A stretch of DNA of 64,000 nucleotides, from contig CAVQIK010000012.1 of the NCBI GenBank assembly GCA_963712535.1, positions 88,135 to 152,134 of the forward strand. The letters are read 5' to 3'. Under the pieces are notes generated by a model, which was not told where the DNA came from, made no database searches, and was given only the letters and a program-made list of their open reading frames with translations. Position 1 is the stretch's first letter, and every line of letters begins with the position of its first letter. The translations under genes and the position numbers were made by a program. This document shows, piece by piece, positions 58,504 through 64,000 of the stretch. This stretch comes from an uncultured delta proteobacterium (GTDB taxonomy: Bacteria; Desulfobacterota; SM23-61).

Positions 58504-60022
58504 CTACCCGCGGTCGAGCTTCCTCAATTCTTTTTTCAACACCTTCCCCACGAGGCTCTTGGGCAGAGCCTTCATGAAGGCCACCTCGGCGGGCAGCAGA
58601 AACGGGGTGAGCCGGGTCCGGCAGTAATCGATGATCTCCGCCTCCGTAGGCGTTCTCGCCGGGCTTTCAGGACGACGAATGCCTTGATGTTCTCCCCGTA
58701 CACTTCGTCCTTGATCCCGATCACCGCCGCCTCGGATACTTTGGGGTGCTTGAAGAGGACTTCCTCGATGGTCCGGGGTGAGATGTTCTCCCCTGCCTTG
58801 ATGATCAGATCCTTCTTGCGGTCCGTGATCCAGAAGTAGCCGTCCTCATCGACGTAGCCGATGTCGCCGGTGTGGAGCCATCCGCCCCTGATCGCCTTCG
58901 GCGGTCTCCTCCGGCTTGTTCCAGTACCCTTTCATGAGCATGGGCCCGCGGATCACGATCTCACCCTCTTTGCGGATGGGAAGGGGGTTCCCCTCGTTGT
59001 CCACGATCCTCATCTCCGTCCCTTTCATCGGCAGGCCGATGGACCCGACCTTCTTCACCCCGTCCGGCGGGTTGACCGAATTGTTCGCCCCCGCCTCGGT
59101 GAGGCCCCATCCCTCGATGATCTCGAACCCGAAAGTCTCCTTGAACCGGTTGAACGTTTCCAGCGCCAGGGGCGCGGAGCCGCAGAACCAGTACTTCATC
59201 GAGCTCAGGTCGAATTTTTTCGGGTCGGGGAAAAGGAGCATGAAGACGTACATGGTCGGGAACTCCGGCCAGTACGTCGGCCCGGTACTTCTGGATCGCG
59301 GTGAAGATGCCCTTCCACGTTGAAGGAACTGAGCAGAACGGCCCCTCCGGTCCGGCGGAAGAGCCCCTGGTTCATGCTCGCGATGCCGTAGGAATGGCAG
59401 AGAGGGAGGACAAAGATCGAAACCAGGCCGTCCGGAAGGGGGACTGAGTCGTACTGCATCCGGGCGTTCGAGTACAGGCTGAGATGGGTGTGCATCACCC
59501 CTTTGGGGCGGCCGGTCGTCCCGGCGGTGTAGATCAGCGCGGCTAGATCGTCGTCGGCCGTATCCTCCACTTCTGTCTCCTCCGGACTTTCGCCGACGAT
59601 CTTCGGATACGAGAGGAACCCGCGCGGAGCGTCGGCATCCGTGAGAATCACGGTTTCCAGGCTGGGAGACTTCGCCAGCCCGGGAGGATTTTGGGGAGAA
59701 AGGCCGAGTTGCTGATGAGCACCTTCGCGCCCGAATCCTGGTAGATGTAGGCTGTCTCCTCCTCCCCGACGAGGTAGTTGATCGGCACGACCACGCCCCC
59801 GAGCCTCCAGACGGCCGAGAACCCCTGGAGCACCTCGGGACAGTTGGGGATCTGGAGGATGACCCGGTCGCCCCGCTTGACCCCCAGGTCCTTGAGGGTC
59901 CTGGCCAGCCTGCGGCTTGCGCTCAGCATCTCAACGTTGGTGAACTCCTTCCCCTCATAAATCAGGCTGACCTGCTCCCCCTGCTGTCTCACCCTCTCTT
60001 CGGCGATCCCGGCGATATTCAT
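58504..60022 (-). pseudogene. AMP-dependent acyl-CoA synthetase/ligase, heavily frameshifted
   Basis: All family motifs are present but spread over frames: IYTAGTTGRPKGVMHTH, GWGLTE, GGWLHTGDIGYVDEDGYFWITDRKKDLIIKAGENISP, LPKSLVGKVLKKEL. Frame changes near 59678-59684, 59308-59314, 59255-59262, 58893-58900 and 58645-58668 (probably two there). Confidence 0.9.
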
Positions 60023-60054
60023 CTCATCCCTCCTCCTCTGTGAGATAAAATGCC

Positions 60055-60205
60055 GTTAGCAGTTTGCTGAAAAACCCAATTCAGGAGGTCATTGCGAGGA
60101 GCGCAAGCGGACGCGGCAATCTGATTTTCTTTGATTTTTTTCTGGATCAGATTGCTTCGCTTCGCTCGCAAAGACAGCTCAAAGAGTTTTTCAGCAAACT
60201 GTTAG
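60055..60205. repeat. 151-bp element with 16-21-bp terminal inverted repeats and an internal palindrome
   Basis: GTTAGCAGTTTGCTGAAAAAC (60055-60075) versus GTTTTTCAGCAAACTGTTAG (60186-60205). Inner CATTGCGAGGAGCGCAAGCGGACGCGGCAATCTGAT / ATCAGATTGCTTCGCTTCGCTCGCAA (IARSEATKQS/IASLRSQ-type motif). Confidence 0.6.
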
Positions 60206-60246
60206 AAAGAGAGCCCCGCCATAAAACTGAATCGGGCTGCCGTGCC

Positions 60247-61752
60247 TCAGGTCCGCAGCAGGGGCCTGAGCTCCCGCATGGACAACACCTTCTCCAGTCC
60301 CCAGATCGTGCGGATGAGAGAATCCGAACGGTCCTTCCCGATTACGTCCTGGAGGAGGTCCTGGCATTTGACTTCGACTTCTTCCCGGGTCATGGGGTTG
60401 TCGGCGGTTCCCCTGACCGTCGGAACCAGTTTCTCCACCATCCGGCCGTCGTTCAGGTGAACTCGAACCAATCCCGGTCGTTTCCGCTCCTGGGGCTGGA
60501 ATTGGGGGTCCCCGATTAGGTTTACGCGCGACCGCACCTGCTGGACCCGGGGGTCCGACATGCGGTCATACGACTGGGTAGCCTTGAAGGTGAGCTTTCC
60601 GTCCAGCAGGATTACAGCCATGATGTACTGGCAGTTCACGTCCGGCATCGTTCGGTTGTTCACCACCTGCGCCCCTCGCGGGGGAAGGTGAACGTCGATT
60701 TTTTTCACCTGGTCCGCAGTGAGGTTGTGCTCCTTCACCAGCCAGCTCATGGCGTCGGCTGGAGCCTGAATGGGAGAACCGACGCTGAACTTCTTAATGT
60801 TCGTGATGTTGATGTCATAGTGGCTTCCCAGGGTGTCGATCCACTTGGGCAGCTGATCCCTCGAAGGGCAGAAGACCTCGAGGAAGTTATTTTCCCCCGC
60901 AAAGATATCCTCCTCTCCCGTAAGCCCGCTCTGCACGAAAACGACGGAGGTGACCCCATTCCTTGCGCCCATCCCGGCAAAGACGAAAGCTTTCTCCACA
61001 TGCTCACGGTCCCGGGTCCAGGAGGTGATCCCCGAAGCCTGGTGCCCCGTGTAAGCCAGGGCGTGGCGGACCTGGCGGGTGTCGAACCTGGCCAGGCTGG
61101 CTGCCGCGGCCGTGGCTCCGAATAGGGGCCCTATCGAATGGGTGGAGTGGCCCTCCACCTTCGGTTCCCCCGCGTGCATGACCCTGGCGATGCGGGAGGA
61201 AACATCGTAGCCTAAAACGACGGCGCGCAGGAACGCCTCCCCGGAGGCATTCTCCCGCTCGGCCATGGCCAGAGCCGCGGGGACGATCGCCGCCCCCGGG
61301 TGGGTAATCGAGGGAGCGTGGGAGTCGTCCGTCTCGTCGGCGTGGGCCATGAAACCGTTGGCCATCGCGGCGTTGACGGCCGTGCTGAGGAAATCAGCCC
61401 CGATCACTTGGGCCTCCGGAGTCCCCCCCTGGGTCCGGATGTATTTTATCGCCAGCGAGCCCGGCTTGAGGCGGGATCCCGAAACCATCGCGGCAAGGGT
61501 GTCCAGGACGTGGTGCTTGGCTTTCTGCGAAACATTCTCAGGAAGAGACCTGTTCCCTGCTTCGACGATGTAGGTGCTGAGCTTTGCCATCACCTCCTTG
61601 GATTCCGGGGCTTCCCTCTTCGCCCCGGATTCGGCCTGGGGCGATGCCGCCCACGCTCTCGCGGTCGGTGAAATCCCCTGGCTCAATCCTGCCGCCGAAG
61701 CGGTGGCCAGCCCCGCCTTAACGAAATCCCGCCGGGATAATCCGCTCTTCAT
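60247..61752 (-). CDS. MmgE/PrpD-family protein with a twin-arginine (Tat) signal peptide
   Basis: N-terminus MKSGLSRRDFVKAGLATASAAGLSQGISPTARAWA (SRRxFxK, h-region, AxA). Body has MmgE/PrpD strings (LDTLAAMVSGS, HADETDDSHAPSITHPGAAIVPAALA, VLGYDVSSRIA). Confidence 0.85.
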   Translation of the reverse strand: MKSGLSRRDFVKAGLATASAAGLSQGISPTARAWAASPQAESGAKREAPESKEVMAKLSTYIVEAGNRSLPENVSQKAKHHVLDTLAAMVSGSRLKPGSLAIKYIRTQGGTPEAQVIGADFLSTAVNAAMANGFMAHADETDDSHAPSITHPGAAIVPAALAMAERENASGEAFLRAVVLGYDVSSRIARVMHAGEPKVEGHSTHSIGPLFGATAAAASLARFDTRQVRHALAYTGHQASGITSWTRDREHVEKAFVFAGMGARNGVTSVVFVQSGLTGEEDIFAGENNFLEVFCPSRDQLPKWIDTLGSHYDINITNIKKFSVGSPIQAPADAMSWLVKEHNLTADQVKKIDVHLPPRGAQVVNNRTMPDVNCQYIMAVILLDGKLTFKATQSYDRMSDPRVQQVRSRVNLIGDPQFQPQERKRPGLVRVHLNDGRMVEKLVPTVRGTADNPMTREEVEVKCQDLLQDVIGKDRSDSLIRTIWGLEKVLSMRELRPLLRT

Positions 61753-61798
61753 AGCTCCTCCTTATTTGTCATCGCTCGTTTCTCTCTGTGAATGAAGT

Positions 61799-61949
61799 TA
61801 TAGTGAACGACTTAAATAAGTTGACATGCTGTTGGCCTCTGGTTGACCCGCAAAATCCCCCCTTGCCCCCCTTTGATAAAGGGGGGGTGGGGGGATTTAC
61901 CGGGATTGCCTAACATGCAATGTCCACTTTCTTTCGTCGGGCACTATAG
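61799..61949 (+). mobile_element. family-B MITE-like element, copy B2
   Basis: 151 bp. TATAGTGAACGAC...GTCGGGCACTATAG termini. The arms are imperfect inverted repeats of each other around AAAATCCCCCCTTGCCCCCCTTTGATAAAGGGGGGGTGGGGGGATTT. Confidence 0.8.
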
Positions 61950-62047
61950 GTAGTTTCGATCTCACACTTTCGTCACCCCACCCCCGCCCTCCCCCGTCAA
62001 AAGGGGAGGGAAATTTCGGGCTTTCGGATGAAAACAAACTATTCGTC

Positions 62048-63484
62048 TTACCCGGTGATCCCCGCCGCTCTCCTGGCCATTTCCTTGTATTTTTTCAGGG
62101 GGGACTCCACGAGGATCATCATCTTCTGGGCGGCCATCGACCCTTCGGCATGGACGGTCGTCACTTCGTGGAACGCCGCCTCGTGGGAGCACACCATCCG
62201 CTGGGCGGTGGCAATCATTTTCAGGCGGTCCTCCGTGCTGAACTTGGATGAGCCGCCGAGGTAGTGTTCGAGGTAGCCACGGATATCCGGGTTTTCCCAG
62301 TCCTTCCGGTCCGGAGACGTTGCTATCAGCCCGCCCGCGATGTCCTGGATGAGCCTGACAAAATCATGGTACTTGCTTGCGAAGTGGAGCTTGGCCATGT
62401 TGGCGATGAGGGGGTTGGGCACCGCGATCTCGCCGTACATGACCGGTTCTTTGGCGGCCGCGTTGGCCAGGGCCCGGAGCGTCTCCACGTAGGCTGCGAT
62501 GTCCGCGAGCTTGTCCCGGATGTGGCCCACTTTGTCCAGCCCGTTGTACTCCGCCAGGGCCACGGCGCAGCCGGCCATCACTTCCACCGACGGGACCTTG
62601 TAGCTGATGGCGGTGAAGCGGTGGAACGTCGCGAAGGTGTAGGCCAGGAGCATGGAGAACTGCCACTCCCCGCACATAAAGACCCGGTCCCAGGGGACGA
62701 ACACGTTGTCAAAGACGATCATCGCCTCGGTCAGCTCCCGGACGGGATTGTTGGGGTGAAACTCGTGCTCGGTCCACTGGCCTCTCCCCGCCCGGCAGAT
62801 GAACGTGATCCCCTTGGTGTTCGCCGGAACGGCAAAGCTGACCGCGTAATCCGCCTCGCTCTCCCGCATCTGGCGCGTGGGCACGACGATGATCTCGTTC
62901 GCCACCGGCGCGCTGGTGATGTGGATCTTGGCCCCCTTCACCACGATTCCGTCTTTGTTCTTGTCCACCACGTGGAGGTAGTAATCCGGATGCTTCTGCT
63001 GGGAGGGCTCCTTGGACCGGTCCCCCTTCACGCAGGTCACGGCCCCGCACATGGCCAGGTCGTGTTTGCGCACGTGCTCCAGGAAGTTCATGGCGTTCTC
63101 CTGGTACTGCTTCTTTCCCATCTGCCCGGCCACCACGAAAGCGGCGTTCAGGCAGTCGGTGCCGATGTCCTTCCCGAAAGGGAGGCCGCCGGTCAGCTCG
63201 ATCGAGCGCTGGATCATCCGGGTCCGAAGCGCGAGGTCTTCCGCGTTTCTCGGGGTGACAAAATAGCGGTTGATCGGCTCCCCTGTCTTCGGATGGGGAG
63301 CGGTGAAGAGGTTTCTGACGTCCGGGTCTTCGGAAGCGGTGAGGGCAAACCCCTGAGCGACCGTGTCGACTGAAACCCCGAGAATCGGATGTCTGGTGAC
63401 ATCCTCCACTTTCTCGCCCCGGATGTAAACCCTGCGTCCGTCGCGCAAGCTGGACTTGTATTCTTCGACCGTGCGGATTCCCAT
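62048..63484 (-). CDS. AbfD/HpaB-fold protein (4-hydroxybutyryl-CoA dehydratase / vinylacetyl-CoA isomerase-like), full length
   Basis: MGIRTVEEYKSSLRDGRRVYIRGEKVEDVTRHPIL matches the family N-terminus. About 478 aa. Paralogue of the gene at 1..701. GGGGGTGG sits 5 nt before ATG 63484. Confidence 0.85.
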   Translation of the reverse strand: MGIRTVEEYKSSLRDGRRVYIRGEKVEDVTRHPILGVSVDTVAQGFALTASEDPDVRNLFTAPHPKTGEPINRYFVTPRNAEDLALRTRMIQRSIELTGGLPFGKDIGTDCLNAAFVVAGQMGKKQYQENAMNFLEHVRKHDLAMCGAVTCVKGDRSKEPSQQKHPDYYLHVVDKNKDGIVVKGAKIHITSAPVANEIIVVPTRQMRESEADYAVSFAVPANTKGITFICRAGRGQWTEHEFHPNNPVRELTEAMIVFDNVFVPWDRVFMCGEWQFSMLLAYTFATFHRFTAISYKVPSVEVMAGCAVALAEYNGLDKVGHIRDKLADIAAYVETLRALANAAAKEPVMYGEIAVPNPLIANMAKLHFASKYHDFVRLIQDIAGGLIATSPDRKDWENPDIRGYLEHYLGGSSKFSTEDRLKMIATAQRMVCSHEAAFHEVTTVHAEGSMAAQKMMILVESPLKKYKEMARRAAGITG

Positions 63485-63593
63485 TTTCCACCCCCTGGAA
63501 TGTGATTTTATGCTTTGCATTGAAAACCATTTGCCCGAAATTTACAAGGAAGAAAATAGAAAGGGCGCAAAGGGAAGGTGGCCGCAAACCTCG

Positions 63594-63623
63594 TTGACAC
63601 CCTGCTGCCCACTATCCTATGCT
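63594..63623 (+). promoter_or_regulatory. candidate sigma70-type promoter for the ABC ATPase gene
   Basis: TTGACA (63594-63599), 18-nt spacer, TATGCT (63618-63623). Confidence 0.3.
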
Positions 63624-63663
63624 TTTAACAGGCTTCATGCTTGGGGGTAAATGGAGGGCAAGG

Positions 63664-64000
63664 TTGAAATTCGCGGTTGAAGTAAAAGGGCTCCGGAAGA
63701 CCTTCTCGTCCGGCTGGTTCCGGAAAAGAAAAACCGAAGCCTTGAAAGGGGTGGACCTCAGCGTTCCCGAAGGGGGGTTCTGGGGGATCCTGGGTCCGAA
63801 CGGCGCCGGGAAGACCACTCTTCTCTCCATCCTCTCCAACCTCCTCACTCCGGAAGAAGGGGAAGTGAAAATTTTGGGGAAGGAAATCCGGACCCATGCC
63901 CTGGAGCTCTGTGAACGCGTCAACCTCTCCTCCGGGCACGCCAATTTTCTTTGGTCCCTGACCGTCCGGGAGAATCTCGAGTATTACGCCATGCTGTACG
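63664..64000 (+). CDS. ABC transporter ATP-binding protein (ABC-2/drug-exporter type), N-terminal part; continues off the window
   Basis: Hand translation: [14 protein letters not shown]...[31 protein letters not shown]...[14 protein letters not shown] (Walker A, Q-loop region). TTG 63664 lies 5 nt after GGAGGG. An in-frame ATG at 63637 is the alternative start. Confidence 0.85.
   Translation, partial: MKFAVEVKGLRKTFSSGWFRKRKTEALKGVDLSVPEGGFWGILGPNGAGKTTLLSILSNLLTPEEGEVKILGKEIRTHALELCERVNLSSGHANFLWSLTVRENLEYYAMLY

Overview
GC-rich bacterial chromosomal segment. The gene content (AbfD-like dehydratases, crotonase, many anaerobe-style metabolic genes) suggests a deltaproteobacteria-like or syntroph-type anaerobe, but that is a low-confidence guess. 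No rRNA, tRNA, CRISPR array or transposase was recognised. Content from left to right:

1. End of an AbfD-like gene, then a crotonase gene.
2. An AT-rich islet carrying a lipoprotein aminopeptidase.
3. A locus of IclR, an IlvD/Edd-family dehydratase, PanB and TRAP (DctPQM). It is split from a LarA-like gene and a second PanB by an AT-richer insert.
4. That insert encodes a small 2-TM protein followed by a roughly 1100-aa zinc-ribbon / class III cyclase / STAND ATPase / TPR protein. This pair is my top candidate for an undescribed cyclic-nucleotide (Pycsar/CBASS-like) module.
5. A cluster of GntR, an ECF-type transporter, an FGGY kinase, a 2-hydroxyacid dehydrogenase and a class II aldolase.
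6. An MFS transporter and a sulfite-oxidase-fold enzyme.
7. LeuCD-like isomerase genes convergent with an amidase.
8. A Dpp/Opp-type ABC operon with an embedded M42 peptidase.
9. An sgc-like sugar cluster (IMPase, TIM-barrel isomerase, SDR, FGGY kinase, BtpA/SgcQ), divergent from a translationally coupled URO-D-like gene and AXE1 esterase gene.
10. Exported MsrB and MsrA, an HD protein and an Smr protein.
11. A tightly overlapping operon of GT4 glycosyltransferase, YdjC/HpnK deacetylase and an ATP-grasp::methyltransferase fusion.
12. A DUF4382 lipoprotein, a heavily decayed acyl-CoA synthetase, a Tat-signal MmgE/PrpD protein, a full-length AbfD-like gene, and the start of an ABC ATPase.

Two features cut across the window. 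First, several families of about 150-bp hairpin/MITE-like intergenic repeats built around G/C-run cores. Second, an unusually high and strongly clustered number of frame disruptions (about 19 indels in about 10 genes). All calls rest on by-eye motif recognition; no searches or computations were run.
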